Below the pieces are notes generated by a model. That model saw nothing but the letters and a program-made list of their open reading frames with translations. It ran no database searches and was not told the DNA's origin. The position numbers were made by a program, and so were the translations under genes. A stretch of DNA of 64,000 bases from Eledone cirrhosa (taxonomy: Eukaryota): contig CAXHJY010001579.1 in assembly GCA_964016885.1 (NCBI GenBank), positions 15,730 through 79,729 of the forward strand, written 5' to 3'. Shown here piece by piece: positions 1 through 12,633 of this stretch; positions within the stretch are counted from its first letter, which is position 1, and each line of letters starts with the position of its first letter.

Positions 1-254
1 TTATTACTGCTCGCACCTGTGTATGTTTAGCCAACCACAAAGGTCTCTTGGGTGTTTTCATGACAGGGCCTCAGTCTTATCATGTTATTACAGCTCACAT
101 TTGTGTTTTAATGACAGAGGCCCTAGTCCTATCATGTTGTTACAACTCAGACCTGGATATGTTTACTCAACATCATAGGTCTCTTGGGTAATTTAATGAT
201 AATGGTCCCAGTCTCATACTAGCGTAGCGTCAGCAGAAGGAATTTTAGCAAATA

Positions 255-1412
255 CTAGCAGTGTATCCCGGCGTTGCACGGGTAAGAACATTGGTAATAG
301 CACCTCCAATGAGAAACTTTTATTTATGAGTGCCTGTTAAAAACTCACGAAAATATACCGACAGGAAACGTTTTATTTTGAGAAAATTAAGAAGTTGAAA
401 GTACAGTTTAGCTGTCTACGTGCATTGTTCATAGAAATATTGTTGAGCCCCTTATTTTCATACTCCTGTTTTGGCCTATAGGAGTAAATGTGAAAGAGAA
501 AGTCACAGGTTAAGTTGGCAGAAAGTTCCAGTACAATAGCAATAAGGCGTAGGCTACTTACCTCAACATTTCATTCGCACTCTTTCCAATTAAGTTACTC
601 TTTCTCTCTATCCCCCTCGGTGCAGTCCCTTGCGAATTTCTCGCGTAGGCCTGGTGTATATTTGCACCCGATCCATCTGCTGATGCACATGTCCACTTTG
701 TACGGCTTTTGGAGGAAGGAGTGACCAGCAGTATGTTGTTCGGTATTATTACGAAAAAGTGTAGCAGAGAATCCCGCGTGAACTAACAGCTCGGGAGGAA
801 ACTGCTTACCTCGAAGATTCATTCGCCATCATTCTTGTCAACGCTCCGTTTAGTTGGTATTTGTTGGTCTACAGTTAGATGAATGGCGCACAAAGAGTTA
901 ATGTTTATTGGCAAGAAGTGGCAACTGGGCTGACTTGCCTCGCTTATATTATATATTAAAATAACAGATTAAAGTTTAAGCAAAGAATCGCTGCTTTCAC
1001 CCTTAACGGGTCTTCTGAAACTAAAAAAATCAATCTGTGAATGCAGAAGTAAATATTTCGAAAAACGTTGCAACCAAAGGAAAACAGGATGACGATACTT
1101 TGGTTTGTGAAGACGTTCCCTGGCAATGAACGGAAAATAGCGAACATAATACGTCATAATGTTGTAATGCAGACAACCAGACATACAGACAGATATTATA
1201 AGAGCGCGACTGAGATCGATAACCGGCGCCTAACGCCCCTTTAACAACAGAAAATTGAAAAATAAAAGCTGCAGTTAATATCTTTAGACCGCAAGGAATA
1301 TATAAATGCAAGTTTGAAGTCAATCGGAGTAGAAATGTGGATTTGTATAGACTTTTCAAAAATGAAGACACACACACTCACAGACAACTACAGTTTTATA
1401 TATATGTATAGA
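255..1412 (-). mobile_element. Non-autonomous Helitron
   Basis: On the minus strand it begins TCTATACATATATATAAAACTG (1412) and ends with a GC-rich hairpin CCCGTGCAACGCCGGG followed by CTAG (255). It is inserted between host A and T with no TSD. Confidence 0.85.
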
Positions 1413-2057
1413 TAACCCATTCATTAAGAAATTTTAAATAAAATACATTGTGAATTAATTGATGAAGAATTTGAAGGGATTTACTTAAATCATTAGTTAT
1501 TTCAAAAGCTACTTATATCAAATTATGTTGGAAGATAATTTAAATAGGAACTTTTTTAGAAATGGGTGGTTGTTTCATGGAACCAGTTGTGGTTTGGGCA
1601 GGCAGGCTGGTATCAAAAGAGTTACACATCAAAAACGTTTTCAGGTCTTCTGTGTTACAAACATGACTTGTTGATTTAGTAAGACTGACTTTTGAATCAA
1701 GCATTGCTAACGAGATTGATTTTTCAGAGTGCTTATTACACTACTGTTCATAAACCGTTGTTTTATGGACAGAAGGAATATTTTGGTTTCTTTGCCTAAT
1801 TTTAACAAATCTATGTTTGTAGATTACACACACACGATGGTCGGTTGAAAAGTTTGTAAGGTGACCCAGATATTCTCATGGAATGACCAAATTAGGTCTA
1901 TTTTTTCAACATAGTCCCTGGAAAGAAACTATGCAGTTATTATTAAGAGTTGAAATTAATGCATGCAAGATTTCATTGCTCGAGCTAAATGTAATTAAAT
2001 GTAGCAAAGCGTTTTGTGCAGCGTATTAATGATTCTGCCAATCCACCACCCTTTAAA

Positions 2058-2495
2058 TGATGGTTCCTGATTTAGGCACAAGGCCAACAATTTGGTGAGA
2101 GGGGAAAGTTGATTAATTTGACCCCAATGCATTACTGGTACTTTATTTTATTGACCCTGTAAAGATCACAAAGCTAGCCTCAGCAGGATTTGAACAGAAT
2201 GTAAAGGGGCGTAACTATATGCCACAAAGCATGTCCAACATTCTGCCAATCCACCACCCTTTAAATAATGGTTTCTGATTTAGGCACAAGTCCAAGAATT
2301 TTAGGGGAGGGGAAAGTCAATTAAATCGACCCCAGTGCATTACTGGTACTTTATTTTATTGAACCCATAAGGATGAAAAGTAACGCTAACTTTGACAGGA
2401 TTTGAACTCAGAGCATATTGGGACGTAACTATATGCTGCAAAGCATGTTGACCAATGCTTTCCTGATATTGCCAAACCAACAACTTACCACCCTT
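2058..2495 (-). mobile_element. Two tandem diverged tRNA-type SINE copies
   Basis: Reverse complement of the SINE family at 3051/18143/21649 (TAGGCACAAGG...TTACTGGTACTTTATTTTATT...GGATTTGAAC), present twice (about 2058-2260 and 2265-2495). Confidence 0.75.
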
Positions 2496-3050
2496 TAAAT
2501 AATAACTTGAGAATCTGACAAACAGACAAAAAAGCTGTACTCTAGGTCCTGAGTTCAATGCAATTGCATGGCATTTTGGGCCAGTGAAATGTATCTTAGC
2601 TTCAGATTAAGCCATACCTTGTGAGTGAAATTCAAATTCAGTTGTCAGAAAATGTTGAAGTTCATCATATGTACTCTATCTGTATTAAAGAGAATTTCAT
2701 TAAACGTACATGTGTCTGTAGAATGTTCTGTCAGTTACAGTTGGTCATTGATACCAAAAGAGGTTCAGTAACTAAATATGTAATCTCCTTATAATATATA
2801 ACCAGCAATTTCTCTGTCTGTCTGTCCGACAGTGGAAACACGTGCGCGCGTGGTTGCTATCTCTCTCTCTCCAGCTATCCAGCTTTTAGTCTGTCTGTTT
2901 CTTTCACTCTCACTCTTTGTAACACACTAACATTCCTCCCCTCTATCGCTGTGACGAATGGGGAGATGGAGGAGGAGAGAGTCACTTCATCACTTCACCT
3001 CTGCCTTTCTTTCTCTCCCCTCTCACTCCCTCATTACGTACAGACATTAG

Positions 3051-3242
3051 GGCGGTGGATTGGCAGAATCTGTAGAGAGTCGGACACCATGCTTCATAGC
3101 ATGGAGTTACGTCCCTTTACGGTCTGAGTTCAAATACCTCCGAGGTTAACTTTGCCTTTCGTCCTCACGGGGTCGATAAAATAAAGTACCAGTAATGTAC
3201 TGGGTAATTGCTTGCCTTGTGCCAAAAGTAGAAACAATTATT
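3051..3242 (+). mobile_element. tRNA-type SINE with MetaSINE-like central domain
   Basis: B-box GAGTTCAAAT, central TTTGCCTTTCGTCCTCACGGGGTCGATAAAATAAAGTACCAG, tail GTAGAAACAATTATT. The family is multi-copy in this window. The domain name is from memory. Confidence 0.8.
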
Positions 3243-3460
3243 AGAAACATTGCTTCATTTTTACATATCTAAGCATTAGTAAAATAACTAATAATTTCAA
3301 AAGTAATTTTTCAATTCCAATTGTTATGAACAGCAAAACATTAATAATAATTTTGTTCTAAGAAATATATATACATTTCTGTGTGTGTAATATATATATA
3401 CACACACAGAAATATATATATATATATACACACAGAAATATATATACATTTCTGTGTGTG

Positions 3461-3511
<51 letters not shown>

Positions 3512-4766
3512 GAAATATATGGGCATTTCTCTGTTTGTCTGTCTGTCTTTCCCTAAAACTCAAATGTAGGTGCTACAGAAATATTACCTTCCCCTTCCTT
3601 TCTCCACTTTGGTACTACCAAGAGAAACACTGTCGCTATAGAAACATTACCTTCCCCTCTCCACTGACTTTGGTCACTGAGGCCGAAGGAATCGCTGGTT
3701 GCTATAGAGACACCTTGCACAAGCCAGAAGTAACCAGTTCGAGGCGGTTCTGACTTGACACCATGTCAAGGACCATTTGAAGATATATTTCCATCATTAT
3801 ATCATAACGTTTATATTTCCGTCACTAATCTCTTTTTCTCCTTTTTCGTTTTAACATATATTTATTTCAAAGATTTCACCGTATAGATAACATATATATT
3901 TATACATGCATAAAAGACACACCGAGAGACGGTGAACGTGTGGTGCCGAAAACATTTCTCATCCAAATCTCAACAATATCAGTATATACACTTGATTTGC
4001 TAGCAGAAAACCGCCCACCGGGTGGTTTTCTGCTAGTCTATATATATAAAACTGAGGATGTCTGTCTGTGTGTCTGTTTCCCTAAAACTCGAGAAGTACC
4101 CAACCGTTTTTTTTTTCAAACTTTACACATGTAACCCGTATGGCCCCGGAAGTGTTTTGAGCAAAAAAAAATTTCAAATTATTCTGACCTAGGGATCGAA
4201 TTAGTGAAGTGGCCAATGTCTGTACATAATGAGGGAGTGAGAGGGGAGAGAAAGAAACGGAGAAGCGAAGTGAAGAAGTGGCTCTCTACTCCTCCTCCTT
4301 CTCCCCATTCGTCACAGCGTTTTTCGATAGATTTAATATTATTTATTTTGAGAACAATACCTTAACCCTTTAGTATTAATGTGAGTGAGTTATAAAGAGA
4401 AAGAGTGAGAGTGAAAGAAACAGACACAGTAATTAACACGTGTGCGTGCGCGTGTGTGTTGGCGCAGGGTTCCATTATGAGTTAAATCTATTAACATGTG
4501 TGTGTGTGAGTTTGCGTGCGTTTCTGCGTTTGCGTGCTTCAGTGTGTGTGTGTGTGTGTACTTGCGTGTGGCGTTTCATTTACGCCAATTTTGTCACTGA
4601 CAACATATTCACTAACTTACACTCATTCCAACCGCTGCTCTTACTGTTACCCCTCTCCCTATCCATACCCCGTTCGGAAATCACATGCATCGGTTTTTAA
4701 TTCACTGACGAATTTACTCCTTACTCTACCAGTGAGTTTCAGTGTACTTCGTACTGCTTTTAGGTC

Positions 4767-5270
4767 ATGCCTCGAAGGAAGAGATACTCCATTGGCCGAA
4801 AAACTGCCAAAGCAGCAACAACACGAACAGGGCAGGCAAACGAATCGTCAGTGGAATCTGCTATTCGACGGTCGCAAGATGCTAAACGTACTGCCACCAG
4901 AAGAGCACTTGAAACAGACGATTAACGAACCATTCGCCGAACCGCCAATGCCGCATCAACTTCTGTTGTACGAGCTGCCGAGACGGACGACCAGCGTAAA
5001 AGACGTCGGAGTACGGATTCTGCAAATACTGCTGCTGTGCGAGCTACACAGACCTCGCAAGAATGAGACATTCGACTACAATGTAATGCTCAACGAAGGG
5101 CCTTTGGACAGGGTATTTCAAGGCCGTGTAGCTCACGATGGTCCTTGAAAGCATTCGAGTACAACCCTGACTTTGATTACAGTGGCCATCCAGATATGCG
5201 AATTGGGAGTATGTCAAAGACGTGCTCTTTCTGCAATGCTAAAAAGTGGCCCGGAGAAACACCTGGCTTG
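4767..5270 (+). pseudogene. Helitron RepHel N-terminal remnant
   Basis: The frame from ATG 4767 reads MPRRKRYSIGRK...AFEYNPDFDY..IGSMSKTCSFCNAKKWPGETPGL, the typical RepHel N-terminal zinc-finger start. In-frame stops at 4923 and 5064. It is not in the supplied ORF track. Confidence 0.8.
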
Positions 5271-5436
5271 TCTATATATATATAAAACTGAGGATGTCTG
5301 TCTGTGTGTGTGTGAGTTTGAATCCCTAAAACTAGAGAAGCACCCAACCGGCTGTTTTCAAACTTTACACATGTAATACTTATGTTTCAGGGAGTGTTCT
5401 GAGAAAAAGAAATTTCAAATTTTCAATGCTCTAGGT

Positions 5437-5531
5437 GAAAGACTAAGAATTATAGAGAGAAATCGCTAAATCGCCTGATGCGGTCCGCATCAGGCGATTT
5501 AGCGATTTCTCTCTATAATTCTTAGTCTTTC
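5437..5531. repeat. Perfect palindrome, 47-bp arms with 1-nt spacer
   Basis: 5437-5483 is the exact reverse complement of 5485-5531. Confidence 0.95.
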
Positions 5532-8500
5532 TCTTTTTAGATAGATACATACATATAACGTTGCACCCTTATAATATATGTCTGGCTGTCTGCATTACGT
5601 CACTTCCTACAATTCGCTCTGCGTCCAGAACGCGCCCTTATAATATCTGTCTGTATGCCTGGCTGTATGCTGCCTCCGGTTATTCTGCCACCCTTGCTGA
5701 AGACAAATCTCACACTCATTCCTCAAACAGTTGGTAAGTGCACACAACTTCTTCCTCACTTTTTAAGCCACAGTGTTACTTCTTTCCCAGCCGTGGTTGT
5801 GGCAATACTAAGCTTAGCTAAGGCGGTTATATATTTCACAATACTTTAACTCGTGCAACGCCGGGTACCACTGCTAGTTCTTATATAAAATTATGTTGGA
5901 AGATTTTTTTTTTTTAAATTGGTGATTTTGTTTCAAAGAACCAAAACTGGTTTTGGCTGGTTTAGTATCAAGAGTTGAAGTGTTTATATTTATCAAAAAA
6001 TCTTTCATCATAATTTCGTTTGAGTTATGTTTCAAACACCAGATTAATAATAATAAAGTTAGTTATGTTACTAAATACTTTTAAATTCTTTATTTTCAAA
6101 ATTATTCAAAAATGATAGTTTTTCATTAGAAATATGGTAGCAAAATTTCATCAGACTGAAATAAAGGGGCTGGCTATCTATGTTGTAAAGGTTCTCCAAA
6201 TAAATTTGTTTGCTCTCATAAATAACATGCAAAGTTCCCAGGGACTCGATGCAAGCTTAGTCTGCCCCTCGCTAAATTTCTTGTGTCAATATAGCTTTTA
6301 CAGTAATGAGGAAATTGGTGTGTTGTAGTGTCCAGTATCAGCTTGTTTACCTGGGTATTCTTACTTAAGTGTTCGGGTTGGCCTTGTTTTTCAAGTAGCT
6401 AAAAGCTAAATATTTCACTGATTCAACACTCCCATTTTCAGATAAATATCTATGAATTAGAAACAATACCATATTACATCATAATACACACAGGACATTA
6501 ACCCATTTATCACCATATTTCTAATTAAAAACAGGGGGGGGGGGGGGGGGCGAAACCCCGACTTCACAGCCAAACTATGTCTTGCTTCATAATCCAATGC
6601 CCAAGTCAATTATCGTTGATCATAATTCACAAGCAAAATCAGTGTGACACGGTATGCGACAAGGTTGGACTTTTGAATTATAGGTACAGTCTGTCTTGTA
6701 TTATAGTGTACGTGGCTGAGTATTCCACAGACATGTGTACTCGTAACCATAATTCACAAACTAAATCAGTGTGACACAGTATGTCCATTGAATTTTCAGG
6801 TACAGTCCTCCAGACAAGCTTCATTTCAAACAGTTTCCGTTTACCCAATTTTATTGACAAAGCTAGGGTAAAGACACTTGCCCAATGTGCCACTCGACCA
6901 TGCGTGTGTCCCATATAAAAAAAACATTCATCCTACCGGGATACCGGCAATCCTTCGATTTGGGTAGACGTTCCATGCTTATTGACTACGAAAATAAAAA
7001 TGAAAGCAAGCCATATATGTATTAGTTTGTTCTTATATCAGTTTTGTTACTACGCGCCTATCATCATCATCATCATCATCATCATCATATATCGCCTTTC
7101 GATTACTAGAAATAATTACAAAAACAAGATCACACGACTCCAGATGCGTCTACCTAATACGAAGGATCGCTGAAATAGCAATTGCTGTATGTGTGAGCTT
7201 TTATATTTATAGTGAAAGACATTCCATTAACCCCCCCATAACTGACTGAGCTGATTTAACAAACAAGGAAGCTTGGTGAGATTATGAAAAATCCCGCTTT
7301 GTAGGTAGCTATCGTGTCGTTGGAACGGCCTATAATAGTGTCTAGCGTCCCGCCAATTATTGCAAGGTGTTGGTTGGTTGGTGGGTGTGTCTACTATATG
7401 TACATATACACACACACCTGCACAGATAAAGTACAGGTTAACCGCCACTTCGTGAATGTTTTATATAAATTATACACATTGATTATATAAGCATGTAAAC
7501 ATGTCAAATTTACACCTTTCGCTGTAGGGCACAGTTTAATGTGTGTATATATATAATATATATATGTGTGTGTGTGTGTCTATGTCTACACACGCACACT
7601 CATATTTATCTGAATATAGATGTGAATATAAATTAGAGGGAAAAATAAATCACCATCGCTTGAGGGTTGAACGTCGTTTCTGTCTGTTAATACCAAATTC
7701 CATTAACATTTATTGCTAAACTGTTTACCAAACCATTATTTATTTGGTCGCAAAGAAATCATTGTTATACTCGCCATTAGCTGCTTACTTCGCTTTTTTC
7801 CACTTCTCTCTTTCAATGATATACATATATTAAATGGTTTGATGGAAACACATACACATATATAAAGTAAGGAGCAGGAACGAAGTATCAATATAACATC
7901 AGTATAATTTATTTATGTTACGCGCGTTGCGCAATCGATCAGCTCAAGATACAATCAGTAGTGATCGGGCCCGACTCTGTAATATATATATAAAATATTC
8001 TTTTACTAGTTTCAGTCATATTTTGTTGTGCTGGGACATTACCTTAATTTAATCGATCATATCAAGCTTAGTACATTTTTTCAAGTCTTGTATTTATTTG
8101 ATCGATTTCTTCTTTGTCGAACTGCTAAGTTATGTGACATAAACACAAACGTAAACATAGACACGACGGGAACACACACATATACAGAAACACATTTGCA
8201 GTTTCCGCTTGCAAAATTCCACTTGTAAGGCATTATATATATTTATATAAATAAATTATTTATTAAATGAAATAACGTGTTTTATTATGAAGTGCTCCAT
8301 TCTTTATAATCATTCAAACTCCGTTTATGATCACAGTCGTCGATGCATGTTGCCGAAATTTCGATTGCTGCTTTGGTGAGGTGGGGTATGATTATTCAGA
8401 ATCCAAGGGATATTTCAGACAATCGATCTAAATTATTTATTATTATTGTTTTTATTTATATATTAAATTATTATATATTATGTTATTAATAAAGGAACCA

Positions 8501-8915
8501 TTATTTACTATTACATATATGCGTTTGTAATTAACAAAAACAATTCACCGAAAATGTGTATCGTTTTTTAAAAATATTTTATAGAACAATAAATTATGAT
8601 TTTACCAACGATCTCTTTATTTTAAATTGAATTTATTAGCTTTTAGTGCTAAACAATCCGGAGGAGAAATAGTCAACATTTTTTTAATTATTACCAAAGG
8701 ATATGAAAAAGATGTTCTGGTCTGTTATAGTTGGTGATGGTTGATACTTCACTAGTGGTCATAGTAGTGGTAACTGATTGCAGCAGTAGTGCCAGTGTTA
8801 TATATATATATATATATATATCCACATCCACATCCACACACACATCTTCACTACTAGTAGTAGTAGTAGTGGTATTAGTGTTGGTGGTCGTAGTAACGTG
8901 CGAAATTGAACATTG

Positions 8916-8946
<31 letters not shown>

Positions 8947-9397
8947 ATATATAACGCTTCAGAAATAGATGTCGTAATTGTGGTGGTGTTTTAAGTTTCT
9001 TTATCTAATATCTTCCGAATATCTTCGTAACTAAGTTGTTGTTGTTGTTATTATTATTACAAGTCAATCATACCTATGTGATATCGAGAATCAACTGGTG
9101 GAATTCGTCTATTTTCACCTCGTTGCAATTTTTGTAGCCACTTTCAAGAAGTGTATGTGTATATATATGTGTGTGTGTATGTATACCAACAACAATCTGT
9201 TGTAGCCCTATATCTATGACAATTTAACCTTTTATTATTCATATATAATATTAGGTCTTTCGCATCTTCCATACATTTTTTTTTTATTTCTTCACACATT
9301 CACTCCTTCTTTCCTCCTCCCCTTCTCACAAAGAGCCTATTTAAAAACCATACTCTACCAACCAATGTGTAGTGTACTGTTGTTATTGCTGCTACTT

Positions 9398-9431
<34 letters not shown>

Positions 9432-9853
9432 ACCTAACCTTCTCTTCAGTATACTATAATATACGTTTCATTTCAAAGCGAAATCTCTTTAGCTATACAT
9501 ACACCCGTGTGTATATAGATTTGTAGAAGAGGAATAAATATTGGATGTCTGGATGTCTTTATGAACAATTTCCATGTGCCATACTGGAGTTTTCTTTCCG
9601 TTTCCCCACATAGTTTTCTTAAAACCCACGTCTCTCGCTCTCACACAAACGCACACACTCTCTCTCTCACTGTCTCGCACCTGATCGACGAAAAACCATT
9701 TGACCAGTGATACCTACATTGCCATTCATTAATTAATAATCGTCTTTGCCCTTATTTTACCTGACTGCCCGTCTTCCCCAACCTTAAATATTTTCGAATA
9801 TAACATAATACACCACAGAATTTTTTTTGGAAGTTAGTTAATTACCAATTTCC

Positions 9854-9916
9854 ATGGAAACGTTTTATAGAACAGATAGTATTGATAGCCAAGGACGTTC
9901 CAAGCGACCTCGAACT
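9854..9916 (+). CDS. Candidate first coding exon of an unidentified host gene (METFYRTDSIDSQGRSKRPRT)
   Basis: CCATGG start context, 21 open codons, then a consensus GTAAGT donor at 9917 in phase 0, in non-repetitive DNA. No homology recognised. Confidence 0.3.
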
Positions 9917-11054
9917 GTAAGTACACGCTGCTTCCTATTGATTCCTTCTTTTTCTTCTTTCTTTTTTTTTATCATTCTTTATTTCATTTCCTCTTTTCAT
10001 TAATAATATATATATATACATACACACACATTATATATATATATATATAGATCCTTCGTCGGTGTAGACGACGAGTGTTCCAGTTGATACGATCTATAAT
10101 CGTAGTTCGTAGGGAGATTCAACTTGGAGGAACGTGAAATAAAGTGCCTTGCTCAAGGACACAACTTACCGCTGAAATCGAACTCATGTGAGCCGAACAC
10201 CTTAACAACTAAACTACGCGGTTTCAACACACACACAAACACAGTATTGACGGTCACGAGAGTGAGTACTTAATACAACAGTAAAGATATAAGCTTGAGT
10301 TTTGTTGTTATCGAGTCGAATTTCTTCCTTGTACTCACAGGGCCGTTAAACCCTATGAGTACAGATTAACAAGACTGAAGCTTGGCCTTAATGAAGAATG
10401 TATGTTTGTGTATATATATGATATACTTATAAATGTGTGTGTGTATATATTCGGGTGGGGTCTGCCCTATTGCAGCTTCAACTTCGATATATACTTTGTG
10501 TGTGTGTTTTTATATAAACACAAAAACACATATATACACATGTGTATGCGTGAATTTTTTTTTCATACAGCTTGCACTAACCGCCGACTGGATCACAAAC
10601 ATTTCGGCCCCCCTTGAAAACACATATGTACACACATTTTACCTACTTTTAACATACCGATACACCAAAGAAAGCTAATGTATCTTAACCACATCCCTCT
10701 TTAATTAATCTCTTATATAACGTAACAAACATATTTATGTCACCAAGTAGTCGTCCTTCATTTAATATAGTATTGACACAGCTCTCAAGTATGTGTTTGT
10801 GAAATTTACAGTTCACACGTATGTAAATCTAGCTGGCCTCCTACGTGGTTGTATCTGAGGAGATAATAGGGGCCCCAGTTCTATCATGTTGTTAACAGCT
10901 CACTGCTCTGTATGTTCAGCTCGTCTCTTACGATGTATTTCATAAGAGGTTTATTGTGTATTTTAATGAAAAGGGCCCAGTCCTATAATAATGTTTCTGC
11001 GTATGTGTACACACACACACGACTGATGAGTTAATATCATAAATAATACTTAAG

Positions 11055-11345
11055 GTCCCCGATAACATTTCCAGCCTGGGACCCCATTCAAGATTATTCC
11101 GTTCCCGATTAAATAACTCAAACTATTGGCATATTGTTTGTGTGTATGTATATCGAAATATTTTAGCAATTTGTACAGTAATGTTGGAGCACTAATGTGT
11201 GTCCTGAAGTATACATATGTCGAGGTGAAATTGCTGAGTTGGAAGAGCAAATATTTAATGGACGAGACAAGATACATCATAGTGTTGTGGGTTATATGGC
11301 GCTTTGCATGGAGTTTGTTGTGTCTAGGGATCTCATTTGAACACA
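11055..11345 (+). mobile_element. Possible heavily decayed Tc1/mariner transposase C-terminus
   Basis: Traces of RSP.. and IAELEEQI...GSH(F)EH-like ends, with a TACAGGGTTCCCAAAAA TIR-like motif nearby at about 11597. Confidence 0.3.
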
Positions 11346-11696
11346 CAACTAGTGATATGTGGAGGTTAGGGGATGCATAGTTGAGTCTTTGTAAGTCTTT
11401 CTCTACTCGGAGTTTCTCGTTACGAACTCAGGATCTATCTACATACATACATACATGTGTGTGCAGGCATACGTACGTACATACATACATACATGTGTGT
11501 GCATGCATATATTCATACATATTCTATACACACACAGGTATTATATACTTTATATTATATATATATTCTAATTATTGTGTGTGTACATACACACATACAG
11601 GGTTCCCAAAAATGTATACACATTTATTAGAATATTGTTGAAGTGTGTATATATAACGTTTAACTTAATCTAGCATGGGTTGGACGAGCTGTCATT

Positions 11697-11930
11697 ATGA
11701 ATTTAACCAGGTCAGGTGACCACGTCTTGTTCACACTGATCTGTATTTGGTTTGGTTTTGGCTGGATGCCCTTCCTAATGCCAACCACATTACACAATGT
11801 ATTGAGAGCTTTTCTCGAGGCACCATCACTGCCATTTTACAGGACTCAACGACACCCACCCAACAGGGTGAACTGGATGCTTTTTTTTGTCGTACCAGCA
11901 CGACCACCTTTCAGAGTGGACTGGGTGCTT
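11697..11930 (-). mobile_element. Second SINE/RTE-tail repeat family fragment
   Basis: The GCTGGATGCCCTTCCTAATGCCAACCAC motif recurs at about 19075 and 52500, and in reverse at about 20840. Confidence 0.55.
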
Positions 11931-12450
11931 TTTTGTGCCACATTTCAGGGTGGACTGGTTGCCTTTTTTATCGTGGCAACAGCACGACCACCTCACGGAG
12001 TGAGTGTTTTTTGTTTACCAGCACTTTGGGGGAGCAGGTGTGGAGCCTGTCTAGTTTTTCTAAGTGTGCATTCATGGATTGGTCGGGGGAAAATGTATCA
12101 GGGGTATATGGGGGAGTACACCGACATTAAATATCTACCACCTCCTCATGCTCGCCAGGGCCGGGCAGACTGTTACGCCGAGTAACTACATTCGCTTTTG
12201 TTTGGGCTTGGTCACTCCGATCGGGTGCCATGCCTAGTTTTCCTTGTTGGCTTTAGGTCTTTATATATTGGTATGGGTTGCGCTGGACAGCGAGGGAGAG
12301 GATGAAAGTGCGGTTGGAGTAAGGGCTGCTTTTCCATGTTGAATGAGTGTGGCGGGAGTTGTTGGATGTGGAAGGTGGAGATGGAAGTGGGTACAAGAGG
12401 TCTGAGGTGGATATGTATTTATATATATATCGTGTGTATATATATTATAT

Positions 12451-12633
12451 GTGGATTGGCAATATCAGTAGAGCGTCAGACACCTTGCTTTTAGCATGGA
12501 GTTATGGCCTTTTATGTTCTGAGTTCAAATCCCGCCGAGGTTAACTTCACCTTTCATACTTACGAAGTCGATAAAATAAAGTACCAGTAATGCACTGGGT
12601 AATTGCTGGCCTTGTGCTAAAAGTAGAAACAAT
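12451..12633 (+). mobile_element. tRNA-type SINE copy
   Basis: Same head, B-box, core and tail as 3051. Confidence 0.8.

Larger units (their letters stand above)
2784..5877 (+). mobile_element. Composite Helitron chain
   Basis: 5' TC-type ends at 2784, 4037 and 5271; the last two share TCTATATATA..AAAACTGAGGATGTCTGTCTGTG. Hairpin+CTAG 3' ends at 4000-4036 and 5850-5877, the latter followed by T. The left boundary is less certain. Confidence 0.75.

Noticed and set aside
1-230. Diverged tandem motif GGCCYYAGTCYTATCATGTT..TACAGCTCA, also at about 10865-10990
   Set aside because: An old dispersed repeat with no termini or class that I can define.
3051-3140. tRNA gene
   Set aside because: It has a B-box but no full cloverleaf. 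It is a SINE head.
4516-5148. 210-aa ORF in the track
   Set aside because: It is an off-frame overlap of the Helitron RepHel remnant.
6534-6550. Poly-G run (also about 20363-20377) as a G-quadruplex signal
   Set aside because: A simple homopolymer with no context supporting function.
11023-11050. CTGATGAG hammerhead-like start
   Set aside because: No stem II followed by GAAA.
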